Assembly: GCA_965644495.1 (NCBI GenBank)
Contig: CBFFSA010000001.1
Span: 1,054,001 to 1,118,000, forward strand
Direction: 5' to 3'
Source: Perkinsela sp. CCAP 1560/9
Lineage: Eukaryota; Protista; Euglenozoa: Kinetoplastea
DNA length: 64,000 bases
In this document: in pieces, positions 21,472 to 32,343 of the stretch
How positions within the stretch are numbered: the stretch's first letter is position 1
How the letters are laid out: every line of letters begins with the position of its first letter
Notes under the pieces: model-generated
Databases searched by the model: none
Told to the model about the DNA's origin: nothing
Seen by the model: the letters and a program-made list of their open reading frames with translations, nothing else
Position numbers and translations under genes: made by a program

Positions 21472-22935
21472 ATGCCACGACGTTGTCCATTTATCCCCTC
21501 ACTGAGTTTCCTCGGGCTTGTCCTTTTCCTCCTCTCTCGTAGCTCCCCTCCCCAACTCCCCCTTCTCCTCGCCGAGATCACCAATCACTACCACACCCTT
21601 GGCGTACCTCGTGGCGCCTCCTCCCATGAAATTCGTGCCGCCTACCGTTCCCTCTCCAAACACAACCACCCCGACGTCGCCCCCTCCAATAATGCAGCGA
21701 CGATGCGAAAGCTCAACCACGCGAAGCACATTTTAATCGACCCCACCCGCCGAGCCGACTACGATGCCTTACTGGACAAAGCCTCTGCCTACGGCCTACT
21801 CGCGACCGGCTGGCCCGATGGGTTTCTCTTTTACCTCATGTGTCCTGAGTTCGTGGTCGTGCGCGGGGCCTGCTCCCGTGTGGCCTGCACGGGTTTGTTT
21901 CTTCTTCACCTTCCGGCTCTGTTTGTTCTTTTTCTGCTGGTTGAGTTCCTGCAGTGGGGACCTCAGTGGTTGCCTTCTTGTGTGTCACGTTCGCTGGTTG
22001 TGGCGCTGCGGTTGTTGATGCTGGTGGTCTTGTTCGCGTGGCTCTCGTTGGGGTTTTTGTGGAAGGAGGGCATGTGGGATGTGTTTCTGTTGACTGCGGT
22101 GGTGTGTTATCTTCTGTGGAATTACTTGCTGTGGATCGGGTCGATGTTGTGTGAAAAGTTGTTGTATTCTCCCGTGGAAGGTGCTGTGAGGGGAGATAGC
22201 ACGCGTCTAGCACGTCGGCATACTTTCGGTGCGCATTCTTCGCCGAAGTTAGCGAAGGAACAAGTTTATTTGAGATACAATGAATCTACAAGCCATAGAG
22301 ACGAGGTTTCTGAGAAAGGCTCTACGTCCACTTTTCTTGAAGCTGGTTCGGAGCCGGATACAACCGATAGTGACAAAGAAGACGTCAATGTTATTGAATC
22401 AAGCAGGACAGATGGCTTAGCTTTTGGCGTCTCTGGGGGTCCAGATGGAAAGAATTTATCTGTGGGTGCCAACAAGTCAACATTGCCCATTCACAAACAC
22501 ACTTCATTGATCACATCACCTGTAGTTTCTTCAGAACTATCATTGGACTCCTCTGCGTTATGCCATAAGTTGACTACAGCGTTGCGCATGTATCCCCCAG
22601 GAACGGTAAATCGGTGGCAGCACATAGTAGATTGTATCGGTGATCCAAGTCTCACGGAGGAGGGCATACGCTCAAACATTTCAAAGTTTCTTTATCATTC
22701 TAAGATAGAAAGTGAAGGAAATTCCACTCCGCGAACTGAAATAACTATCAAGAATGCTAAGGAATGGAATTCCGTCCAGCAGCGTCAACTCGAGAACGCT
22801 CTCCGAGAGTTACAGTCCTATGAAGGGTCGGACAAGTGGTCAGAAATAGCTCTTCGCGTCGAGGGGAAGTCAAGGAATGAGTGCATGCAGCGTTATCGAT
22901 ACTTATCTAGCAAGATGAATTGTCGCAAAACATAG
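21472..22935 (+). CDS. DnaJ protein with TM segments and two SANT/Myb domains (DNAJC1-like)
   Basis: Signal-like N-terminus, HYHTLGV...HPD J-domain, hydrophobic block, YPPGTVNRW and DKWSEIA..VEGKSRNECMQRY. Confidence 0.85.
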   Translation: MPRRCPFIPSLSFLGLVLFLLSRSSPPQLPLLLAEITNHYHTLGVPRGASSHEIRAAYRSLSKHNHPDVAPSNNAATMRKLNHAKHILIDPTRRADYDALLDKASAYGLLATGWPDGFLFYLMCPEFVVVRGACSRVACTGLFLLHLPALFVLFLLVEFLQWGPQWLPSCVSRSLVVALRLLMLVVLFAWLSLGFLWKEGMWDVFLLTAVVCYLLWNYLLWIGSMLCEKLLYSPVEGAVRGDSTRLARRHTFGAHSSPKLAKEQVYLRYNESTSHRDEVSEKGSTSTFLEAGSEPDTTDSDKEDVNVIESSRTDGLAFGVSGGPDGKNLSVGANKSTLPIHKHTSLITSPVVSSELSLDSSALCHKLTTALRMYPPGTVNRWQHIVDCIGDPSLTEEGIRSNISKFLYHSKIESEGNSTPRTEITIKNAKEWNSVQQRQLENALRELQSYEGSDKWSEIALRVEGKSRNECMQRYRYLSSKMNCRKT

Positions 22936-23056
22936 AATTGTAGTCCTTTACTTACAAAATTCAATATTTTTTTGTATATTTTTTCTTTTCCTCGACTGCA
23001 TATTTATTGGTCACGAAGCTTAAAAGAGTGTTATGTTATATTTTCAATGACACATA

Positions 23057-24799
23057 ATGAGAGTACTTTTCTTTGGTGGCGACGAAGTTTCTCTCTACTG
23101 CTTGCATTGTCTTGTTCGCAATATGGTTTCGAAACATGGTGGCTTGTCTTTTCTAAATAAAAATGAAGGCAATAAGATAGATTCAGCTGAGAGATTCGTC
23201 CAAGACAGACTACAAAAATATCCACTCCTACAAAAGAGTGTATGCGGCTCTTCTGTGTATTTCAACACTAGAAACGGTGTATCCATGCCGATACAATCTA
23301 TTTTCGTAATTTGTCCTCCAGGAGAAAGAAATTTGCTCCGGAGATACTGTGAAGATATCGTTAATCTTCCTGTGTATAGTCCTCCGGATCCCCTTACGCT
23401 ACGAGGCTTCTGGGGAGAGCGGCATACCACTTCAACAACGGGCAAAAATGCGACCGATACAGCCATGATAACTCCTACCATTCCACCCGATTGGCTCGAA
23501 AAGATGCGTACCTCATTCAGTAGGCAGAAAAACGAAATGTATGATGGTCAACTCCCACCTTTTGGAGAAACTACAACTTCCGCAAGCAAATCGGCACCTG
23601 TGAGCGAAAATGCTGTTGACGTTGCGCTTGTAGTATCGTTTCGTTATCTTTTCCCTGTCCAATTCCTTCGAAATTTTTACCCAGTGCCCTTTATCAACGC
23701 TCATCCTTCGCTTCTTCCGCGCTTCCGTGGACCAAGCCCGATTCACGCCACTCTGTTACATGGAGAACGTGTTGGAGGAGCCACCCTGATCACAATTCCT
23801 TACAATAGATCGACAAACGACCGAACCTCGGTCGATACTGGAGATATTCTCCTCCAGAAACAGATAGATATACCGTCCAGTGAAATGCTGCGCGAGTATT
23901 TCTCTCGCGTGGTTCACTTGACGGCAGAATGCATCGTGGATGCATTGTGCCAGGGACAAAAAAAATTGAACAGTTTACTAGCTTGTGCGCAATCACAAGC
24001 TCGGCCTACCAGTCATGTAGGGGCCGTTCCAGCAGCCCCCAAAATATCTAAAGCTTCGGGATTCTTGAGTCTCTGCAAATCCAATGCACAGGTAGTATAC
24101 AACCAATGGCGCGCACTGCACATGGAACGTGGTAAAGTGAGTTGCAGTTTTCACAGAGAATTCTCTCCTTCTAATGCAATACTGAAGACAAAACTAGAAA
24201 AAAGATGCAAAGAAGGTCAACTCAAAACTGTAGCGCCCGTCACAGGTGTTCATTGTGTATTCAATTCTCTTGAAAGTATTTACAGTCATTCCGAAGATGC
24301 AACTCGATCTTGTGATTTGTTCAATTCCAGATTGTCAGAGCCTCTCCGTGAGGAGCTTAGCAATATCACAAAATACATTACCCTTATAGAAACAAATTCC
24401 CAGAAAGCAGGGACTCTTAGTGAGACTTCAAATTTCCCTGCCGTATACTGTTCTAGGACACATACCTTGATTCAAAGTAAAGAGCTGCTATCTAGCTTAC
24501 AATCCCATGGAGAACGCATTTCAGAACCTATTTCTATTCGACCTGGAACAGTTTACTTATCCCACCACAAGCAAGAAGTTATGGAAAACAAAGTTCCAAG
24601 TGTCAATGGCGTTTGCACGAGTGAACACGCCTCACGTTTACTACTACTGTTATGTGCGGATGCCACATGGGTAGCAGTTACATCGCTCACTCTTTCAAAA
24701 GGAACCCCACACAAGGATCCAGTCTCGACTTTTGCTCCTGGAATCGGATTAAAACCCGGTGTTCTATACCCAGGCATTTTTCAAAATGCTGCAGATTGA
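23057..24799 (+). CDS. FMT: Methionyl-tRNA formyltransferase (divergent, with long insertions)
   Basis: MRVLFFG start, INAHPSLLPRFRGPSPI, DTGDIL, APKISK. Confidence 0.85.
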   Translation: MRVLFFGGDEVSLYCLHCLVRNMVSKHGGLSFLNKNEGNKIDSAERFVQDRLQKYPLLQKSVCGSSVYFNTRNGVSMPIQSIFVICPPGERNLLRRYCEDIVNLPVYSPPDPLTLRGFWGERHTTSTTGKNATDTAMITPTIPPDWLEKMRTSFSRQKNEMYDGQLPPFGETTTSASKSAPVSENAVDVALVVSFRYLFPVQFLRNFYPVPFINAHPSLLPRFRGPSPIHATLLHGERVGGATLITIPYNRSTNDRTSVDTGDILLQKQIDIPSSEMLREYFSRVVHLTAECIVDALCQGQKKLNSLLACAQSQARPTSHVGAVPAAPKISKASGFLSLCKSNAQVVYNQWRALHMERGKVSCSFHREFSPSNAILKTKLEKRCKEGQLKTVAPVTGVHCVFNSLESIYSHSEDATRSCDLFNSRLSEPLREELSNITKYITLIETNSQKAGTLSETSNFPAVYCSRTHTLIQSKELLSSLQSHGERISEPISIRPGTVYLSHHKQEVMENKVPSVNGVCTSEHASRLLLLLCADATWVAVTSLTLSKGTPHKDPVSTFAPGIGLKPGVLYPGIFQNAAD

Positions 24800-25025
24800 A
24801 TGTACCCTTGCGTATTTTCGTTTAGGTATGTCCGTGAAGCTACAGAAGACGCTTTTCGCTGTATTTTCCGCAAAAGCTCGGTTACTTGCAACGCACTAAT
24901 GAGTTGTAGCACAACTCGGGCACAAGTTACATTTCTTACTTTTCTAATTTTCGATTTTTAATATCCTTTACCGTTATCACATTGTACCCCTAGCATCTCT
25001 CCATCTCTCCTTCTTCTCTCTTTCA

Positions 25026-26378
25026 ATGCGTGAAGTAATCTCCATCCACCTCGGTCAGGCGGGTATCCAAACCGGTAACTCCTGCTGGGAACTCTACTGC
25101 CTTGAGCACGGCATCAACCCCGACGGCACCATGCCCCAGGAAACCGGCGCCGTAGTTGAGGACGACGCCTTCAACACCTTCTTTGCGGAAACCGGTGCCG
25201 GTCGTCACGTCCCCCGAGCTCTGTTCGTCGACCTCGAGCCCTCCGTAATCGACGAGGTCCGCTCCGGGCCCTACCGCGAGCTGTTCCACCCCGAGCAGCT
25301 CATCTCCGGCAAAGAGGACGCCGCCAACAACTACGCCCGCGGGCACTACACCATCGGCAAAGAAATCGTCGACCTCTGCCTCGACCGCATCCGTAAACTC
25401 GCGGACAACTGCACCGGTCTCCAAGGCTTCCTCGTGTTCCACGCCGTCGGCGGGGGCACCGGCTCCGGTCTCGGCGCCCTCCTCCTCGAGCGTCTCTCCG
25501 TGGACTACGGCAAGAAAAGCAAAATGGGTTTCACCATCTACCCCTCCCCCGAGGTCTCCACCGCCGTCGTGGAGCCCTACAACAGTGTCCTCTCCACCCA
25601 CTCCCTCCTCGAGCACACCGACGTCGCCGTTATGCTCGACAACGAGGCCATCTACGACATTGCCCGACGCAACCTCGACATTGACCGGCCGAACTACACC
25701 AATGTCAACCGTCTAGTCGCCCAAGTGATCTCCTCCCTTACCGCCTCCCTACGCTTCGATGGCGCCCTTAACGTCGATGTCACCGAGTTCCAGACCAACC
25801 TGGTCCCCTACCCCCGGATCCATTTCGTGTTATCGAGCTATGCCCCCGTGGTGAGTGCCGCGAAGGCCTACCACGAGCAGTTAAGTGTGCATGAGATCAC
25901 CAACAGCGTGTTCGAGCCCGCGAGTATGATGGCGAAGTGCGACCCGCGCCACGGGAAGTACATGGCGGCCTGTCTGATGTACCGCGGGGATGTGGTCCCG
26001 AAGGACGTGAACGCGGCGGTGGCCACGATCAAGACCAAACGAACGATCCAGTTTGTGGACTGGTGCCCCACGGGGTTTAAGTGTGGGATTAACTACCAGC
26101 CCCCGACGGCGGTGCCCGGGGGGGATTTGGCGAGTGTGCAGCGTGCGGTGTGTATGATTGCGAACACGACCGCGATCGCGGAGGTGTTTGCGCGGATTGA
26201 TCATAAGTTTGATTTGATGTATGCGAAACGAGCGTTTGTGCACTGGTATGTGAGTGAGGGGATGGAGGAAGGGGAGTTTAGTGAGGCACGGGAGGATCTC
26301 GCCGCCCTGGAGAAGGATTACGAGGAGGTGGGTGCGGATTCAGCGGATATGGAAGGCGATGATATGGATGAATACTAA
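25026..26378 (+). CDS. TUBA: Alpha-tubulin
   Basis: [16 protein letters not shown]-terminal EY; 450 aa. Confidence 0.99.
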   Translation: MREVISIHLGQAGIQTGNSCWELYCLEHGINPDGTMPQETGAVVEDDAFNTFFAETGAGRHVPRALFVDLEPSVIDEVRSGPYRELFHPEQLISGKEDAANNYARGHYTIGKEIVDLCLDRIRKLADNCTGLQGFLVFHAVGGGTGSGLGALLLERLSVDYGKKSKMGFTIYPSPEVSTAVVEPYNSVLSTHSLLEHTDVAVMLDNEAIYDIARRNLDIDRPNYTNVNRLVAQVISSLTASLRFDGALNVDVTEFQTNLVPYPRIHFVLSSYAPVVSAAKAYHEQLSVHEITNSVFEPASMMAKCDPRHGKYMAACLMYRGDVVPKDVNAAVATIKTKRTIQFVDWCPTGFKCGINYQPPTAVPGGDLASVQRAVCMIANTTAIAEVFARIDHKFDLMYAKRAFVHWYVSEGMEEGEFSEAREDLAALEKDYEEVGADSADMEGDDMDEY

Positions 26379-26859
26379 AGGATGGTACAAAGGACGTTTT
26401 GATGGTCTTTTGTTTTGTTTTTTAAAGGCCAATTCGATATTTAGAAAAGATTTTTGTGAGTTATTGACTGAAAAATCGTATTTAGATTTAGTAGAATTAT
26501 GCTAATGTTTTTTTGCAAGTATATTTTTTCACAAGGGTAATACGGAAGGTTCACAAAATTGTTTTTCTACAAAGAAGGTGCGCTACACACGTAGCACTTA
26601 CACATGGACGTCAAATGCACGTATTGTTTATGAAAATGCATGTCTGTTTAGCATCAAATTATTCCTCACATGTGCTATTTTATATCGTAGTTTGTTATGA
26701 CATGCTGAAATAAGACTCGTTTTTTATTATAGATTGAAGATACCGTCTTTTCGACATGTACTTTCAACATAAATCTGGAATATGTGCAATTTTAAGACTT
26801 TTTTCACGTTTCCTTAATTCGACTCAGAAATAATTTCTCTGTATAATAATAAATACACA

Positions 26860-29800
26860 ATGGGAATTCCCAAGTTCTTTCGTTGGTGTGCAGAAAGATA
26901 CCCCACTATACTTTGTCCGATAACTGAGGATCCTCCGCCCATTGACAACCTCTACCTTGACATGAATGGTATCATTCACGTTTGCGCGCGTAGTAATGCG
27001 ACCAGCACTAGCACCGTACAACGCTCGGATGAGTCCATTGCTCGTGAAGTTTTTTCCTATCTTGACCGAATATTTTCCTTCATACAGCCCAAACAGTACT
27101 TTTTTATGGCTGTCGACGGAGTTGCGCCACGGGCAAAGATGAACCAGCAACGTCAACGGCGGTACCGAAAGGCGATGGAGATGCAAGAAGCGGGGGTAGA
27201 TACAACGATCGGGTTCGATAGCAATTGTATAACGCCAGGAACTACATTTATGGTAGCGTTAAGCAGATACCTAGAATACTTCATTCACTATAAAATTCAG
27301 AATTTTCCATCGTGGAGGAAATGCAAAGTGGTATACTCAGGACATCAAGATCCAGGGGAAGGGGAGCACAAAATAATGTCGTTTATTCGTACTCGCAAAA
27401 TGCAACCAGGGTACTCTTCTCATGAGACGCATTGTATGTATGGATTGGATGCAGACCTCATTATGCTCGCTCTGGCTTCGCATGAGCCAAATTTCGTTCT
27501 GCTTAGAGAAATTGTATCTTTTGGCATCCCGAAGCGAGAGCGTGAGCTTCAGGAGCGTGACGAAAAGAGAGGTATTGTGTTGGACAAGCGTTTTGACGCG
27601 CCTTCGAAATTTGTCCTGCTGCACATTCATTTACTGCGGGAGTATCTCTGTCTGGATCTCCGCCCAGAAAACTTGGAGCGTTGTATAGATGATTTTATTT
27701 TCCTTTGTTTCTTCGTGGGGAACGATTTTCTTCCTGCCCTACCTTCTCTTGACATAGGAGAGGGTTCGTTATCTCTCTTATTCGACGTTTACAAAGCCGA
27801 GTGCGTTTGTAAAAATCGCTATCTCACACAGCAGAAGAGCATTAACTGGGATGTGTTGGAAGACATGCTTCGTAATTTGGGCTCACGAGAATGGGAATTA
27901 TTGTGCAAGAAACGAAATAGCGCAAATAAAAAGAGGAGAGGTGAGTCCGAATCTGTAGAAAAAACGATACTGGACAACGCATCCACTCTTGGACAATACA
28001 AAGCAGAGTATTATGGAAAGAAGCTGAATACGTTTACTCCAATAGATCACCACTATCTCCGTAGATCCTACGTAGAGGGTCTGCAGTGGATCATGGAGTA
28101 CTACTATGAGGGGTGCTGCAGCTGGGGGTGGTACTATCCATACCATTACTCTCCTTTGGCAAGTGACTTGGTCGATCTTGTATCCCTTAGTAAAGAGATA
28201 AATTTTAGTTCAGGAGAGCCTTTTACCCCTCACCAGCAATTGCTAGCCGTTCTTCCGCCCGCTAGTTACCGTAGTGTTCCGCAAACGTACTGGGAACTTA
28301 TGCGCTCCGATGTGTCTCTTCTGAAACCATTTTATCCTGATTTGGACAAAGTTGTTATTGATAGAGAGGGTTGTCGAATGCCATGGGAGGGGGTTGTATG
28401 TCTTCCTTTTTTACAAGAGTCCGTGCTGAAAGAGGCCTACGAACAAGTTGTGCACGCACTTCATGACAGCGAAAAGAAAAATAACACTAGAATATCGGCG
28501 CGGTTGTATGAATATAGGCTCGGGGAGAGTTCTGAGACGCATATCGCGCCCCTCCGCAGCATGCGTGACATTCGTCCTTGTAACGTTCACGGGGTTGAGT
28601 ACCAGCTACAAATGTGTGCACCTTTCAACGCAACTCTTTGTGATGGCGTGTCAGTATTCGATACCCCATCAGAAGGGTTCGGTACTCTCTCTCCTTTGGT
28701 GAAAACAGTTTCATCAGAGCTTCGGAATAGTGTTGTGAAGGTATTCTTGCACGTCACACGACAGCCTTCTTTGTTTTTGAATGTGCCATACGAAGCCTCG
28801 ACCAGCGCGCGTGAAGTTTCTAAAATCTTACTTGGACATGATGTATTTGTGGGTTTCCCCTACCTCAAACGAGCACGTGTGACTTCTGTCTGTGACGTTG
28901 AAATTTCTGTACTAGGTACACTAAATTCACGTTGTATTTTGAAGCACATTCAGGAATCTGAGCACAGCGAAGAGGATATGGATCTTTTTGAGGAGCAGGT
29001 CGAAGACATTTACCGGAAGCTTATATCAAAGAAAGGAATTGATTTGGCATCGATCCGGGTACTTGTCTACGTCCGCCATGTTGTTGGAGTGAAATACACA
29101 AAGAATCGTACCTTTGAGTATGAGTTTTCGGAGAACACGGAGAAATATCCAGTGCAACTCGTTTTTAACGCCGAACAATATCCCTGTCGTCCGAATCCGA
29201 AATACGATATTCCTAACAAGGTCCTTGGAAAGGTTGTCTCTACTTTGTCCGAAGTTATTTTTGTTCCTCATTCAGGAAGCACGGGGATTCAAAGCCTTTT
29301 TGGTTGTGTTGGCAGTGTCGTGCAGTGCAATGATGTGGATTCGGGTGTCACGTATGACCTTGTTCTTCGCGATTACGAGTCACGTTGTACAGAGTCATTT
29401 TCCTCTTTGCTTACTCCTACGCTTGAGCAACACACACCGAACGTTCAGTGGTTTTCAGTGAGCCTCGTATCCACAAAACTTCATGCTCCGATTCGAGTCG
29501 TGTTAGCCGTCATGGGTAATATTAGTTGTAACAAATTTCATGGAGAAACGGAAATCGGGTTGGGAATGTTAAATACGAAACAAAAGATGGCAAGAGCGGG
29601 CTATACGAAGTATGTTTCTTCCAGTGCTGATGATGGGGCATTGCTTGATAGCGCTCAAAAGAATTTTAATTCGTTGTCGGAATCAACGGACTCCAGCAGC
29701 GCGAAAGGCGAATGGTATTTTACAGAAGCAGGGATAAGGATTCTCTTTGAATACTGGACTCGATTTAAGCCGCTGATTGATACACTGTGCAATGGCCGAT

Positions 29801-31590
29801 TCGACATTTTTGCTTTTGATCCGGCACATATGATGCGTGGTGAATGGGCTGGAACTGACATTTCTGAGGCTCTTGGTAAAATAACTTCCTTCCTTCATAC
29901 CTTGCCCTACAGAGAGGAGGCCTTTGTTCCTGCATGTGATGAGTTGCTAACGGCCAAAGTGTTGGCAGCTGTGGAAAAGGCAGTAATCTCTTTCAACTTC
30001 AAGTGCCGTGAGCTCCCGAACGTGCGTCGAATCAACGTAAAGCATGTAAAACTCTCCTGCCTTTTAATTCCCCGCACGGAAAGCACAGCTGGTATACGTG
30101 TTGGAGACATTCCAGTACAACATCGGGTACGAGGGGTACTGGAGCGTGTGGTGTATTGTGATACAGATGGCAGTGTCCCTTTCGGATCCCGGGGTTTGAT
30201 CGTACGTCTTCTGGGGGATCACAAGCATGCAGAGGTCGTGATGGATGAGGAACACCCAGGCTGTGTCTCAGCGGAGGGAAGGCTCGAGAGCAATCGTGCG
30301 GTAATATTGCGGCAGAGCGCGCTGTTGGTTGTGACCAGATATGGAACTTCGAAAAGCAGTCCGGAAGATACTGTACAACTCAAAGAAAAGCTACAAACCT
30401 TATGGATGGATACTGAAAACGATATCCAACAGAATGAGAAAGGTGCGAAAGTCATAAAAAGTGATAATGCGACTTACAAAGCAGATTTTGATGTTCGAGG
30501 AGCCGTTGAAAAGTTTCTTTCTGTTAACTTACAAAACACTGAAGCTGTGACACAAGACGAGAAAATTAAACAAAAGTCAACAGATTCAGGAGCTGAAAAT
30601 GTTTCTAAAAAGAAAATACTAGAACGCCCTCCTTCTGGAAGTCGAGCGATTGCGGAAAACCGTGTCAAGAATCGAGTGGAACTCGATACTGCGACTTACA
30701 AAGCAGATCTTGATGTTCGAGGAGCTGTTGAAAAGCTTCTTTCTGTTAACTTAAAAAACAATGAAGCAGTGACACCAGAGGGGAAAACTACACGAAAATT
30801 AACTGAGTCGGGAACCGAATTTGTTTCCAAACTGAAAATACTAGGGCGCCCTCAATCTGGAAGTCAGGGGGTTGTGGAAAACCGTGTTAACGATCGAGTA
30901 GAATTTGACGCTACGGCTTACAAAGCAGATCTTGATGTTCGAGGAGCTGTTGAAAAGTTTCTGTCTGTTAACTTACAAAACAATGAAGCAGAGACACCAG
31001 AGGGGAGAACTACGCAAAAAGCAACAGATGAGAGAACCAAAGTTGTTCTCAAAAAGAAAATACTAGAGAAGAAAGGCAGCCAAGAGGTTGTGGAAAACAA
31101 TGTTAATGATCGAGTGGAATTCGATGGCAGCGTCAAAGCATTGGGTCGGCTCACCATTAAGCCTCCGAAAAAGGTGTCGCCTATCAAGAAAGAGACCTTG
31201 GCCTCATTTGGTTTTCATGAGTTTGTGTCCGTCATAAATAAAGAGAAGCGAGATTTTACACAGAGTGAAAGCATTCCTACCGTCGAATCTAATCCACCTC
31301 AAGCGTGCCTTTCGCTTTCAATAAGAGAAGCCAATGAAATTAAGAAACTTCGCACAGATTCCATTTTACCGCAAGGTGGTGACACGACTCAAATTGGAAG
31401 TAGCGTTTCAGCAGCGCAGCCACGCGACGAATTTTCATCTGAAAAAAGAATATCTCGGAAGACGGTGTCAGCATGCAGGGAGTGCATTTTCGGAGATTTA
31501 TGTACAATAAGCGATGGCGCTCATATCGAGCGTTATCACAATGACGGGTGGAAACCATATTTACTTCGTAATAGTGTCTCGGATTTATAG
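26860..31590 (+). CDS. XRN1: 5'-3' exoribonuclease XRN1/XRNA-like
   Basis: MGIPKFFRW, DNLYLDMNGIIH, DGVAPRAKMNQQRQRR, PGEGEHK, YGLDADL, GNDFLP; C-terminal SH3-like VPFGSRG. Confidence 0.95.
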   Translation: MGIPKFFRWCAERYPTILCPITEDPPPIDNLYLDMNGIIHVCARSNATSTSTVQRSDESIAREVFSYLDRIFSFIQPKQYFFMAVDGVAPRAKMNQQRQRRYRKAMEMQEAGVDTTIGFDSNCITPGTTFMVALSRYLEYFIHYKIQNFPSWRKCKVVYSGHQDPGEGEHKIMSFIRTRKMQPGYSSHETHCMYGLDADLIMLALASHEPNFVLLREIVSFGIPKRERELQERDEKRGIVLDKRFDAPSKFVLLHIHLLREYLCLDLRPENLERCIDDFIFLCFFVGNDFLPALPSLDIGEGSLSLLFDVYKAECVCKNRYLTQQKSINWDVLEDMLRNLGSREWELLCKKRNSANKKRRGESESVEKTILDNASTLGQYKAEYYGKKLNTFTPIDHHYLRRSYVEGLQWIMEYYYEGCCSWGWYYPYHYSPLASDLVDLVSLSKEINFSSGEPFTPHQQLLAVLPPASYRSVPQTYWELMRSDVSLLKPFYPDLDKVVIDREGCRMPWEGVVCLPFLQESVLKEAYEQVVHALHDSEKKNNTRISARLYEYRLGESSETHIAPLRSMRDIRPCNVHGVEYQLQMCAPFNATLCDGVSVFDTPSEGFGTLSPLVKTVSSELRNSVVKVFLHVTRQPSLFLNVPYEASTSAREVSKILLGHDVFVGFPYLKRARVTSVCDVEISVLGTLNSRCILKHIQESEHSEEDMDLFEEQVEDIYRKLISKKGIDLASIRVLVYVRHVVGVKYTKNRTFEYEFSENTEKYPVQLVFNAEQYPCRPNPKYDIPNKVLGKVVSTLSEVIFVPHSGSTGIQSLFGCVGSVVQCNDVDSGVTYDLVLRDYESRCTESFSSLLTPTLEQHTPNVQWFSVSLVSTKLHAPIRVVLAVMGNISCNKFHGETEIGLGMLNTKQKMARAGYTKYVSSSADDGALLDSAQKNFNSLSESTDSSSAKGEWYFTEAGIRILFEYWTRFKPLIDTLCNGRFDIFAFDPAHMMRGEWAGTDISEALGKITSFLHTLPYREEAFVPACDELLTAKVLAAVEKAVISFNFKCRELPNVRRINVKHVKLSCLLIPRTESTAGIRVGDIPVQHRVRGVLERVVYCDTDGSVPFGSRGLIVRLLGDHKHAEVVMDEEHPGCVSAEGRLESNRAVILRQSALLVVTRYGTSKSSPEDTVQLKEKLQTLWMDTENDIQQNEKGAKVIKSDNATYKADFDVRGAVEKFLSVNLQNTEAVTQDEKIKQKSTDSGAENVSKKKILERPPSGSRAIAENRVKNRVELDTATYKADLDVRGAVEKLLSVNLKNNEAVTPEGKTTRKLTESGTEFVSKLKILGRPQSGSQGVVENRVNDRVEFDATAYKADLDVRGAVEKFLSVNLQNNEAETPEGRTTQKATDERTKVVLKKKILEKKGSQEVVENNVNDRVEFDGSVKALGRLTIKPPKKVSPIKKETLASFGFHEFVSVINKEKRDFTQSESIPTVESNPPQACLSLSIREANEIKKLRTDSILPQGGDTTQIGSSVSAAQPRDEFSSEKRISRKTVSACRECIFGDLCTISDGAHIERYHNDGWKPYLLRNSVSDL
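30469..31125 (+). repeat. Three 222-bp (74-aa) coding tandem repeats in the XRN tail
   Basis: YKAD(F/L)DVRGAVEK(F/L)LSVNL unit starting at 30469, 30691 and 30913. Confidence 0.9.
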
Positions 31591-32343
31591 GATATGATAG
31601 CGGCTATTAGATTTTTGATACGCACCTATTAAAAACTGCTCTACTTTCTATATTCGTATTTATCTGTAATCATATAAGAAACTTATAGAATATTCGTCAG
31701 TTATATTTATCTGATGTATACATCTTGAAAGAGTATTTTAGAAGCAAAAAATAGTTTCCTGGAGAATTATATTTCTACATGATCGGTACGATAAATACAT
31801 CACGTATCAGAACGGATGTTAGAGAAAGATTTGCTACCCCATACTGCTTTACATACAAGAAACATCAGTAAATATTTTAATATTGTGCTTAAATATTGTC
31901 GGTAAGTTCTCTTGCTTTCACGTTGATTTCGATTCTACATCTGAAAACAATGTATAAGAGGATAGCAGATGTGTGATTTTTTTCTGTTCAATGACATTTA
32001 TATCGTTAACTGTGAAAGAATAAGATAATTAACGACATTACAGACCTTCGAGGGAGTGCCATAAACTTGGCTTTTCTTCGAACTGGCAATCTTCTAAAAA
32101 ATTAATATTGCTATGTTTGTTATGTAAATTCTGATTCCTTGATCGATATCGTGCGCTTGTTGTGCCTACAGCGTACAAACGAACTATGCGTGACATTATT
32201 ATTTACTCTGAAATATAATCAAGGGCACGTTGTTTTCTGATAGAAAACGAATATTTGCTGTGATTATGTCTCTATTGACTTTTTTAAAATTTCCATAGTT
32301 TGCGTAAAGTTTCAGCCCGCTCTGATTCTCTTCTTTTTTTGCG

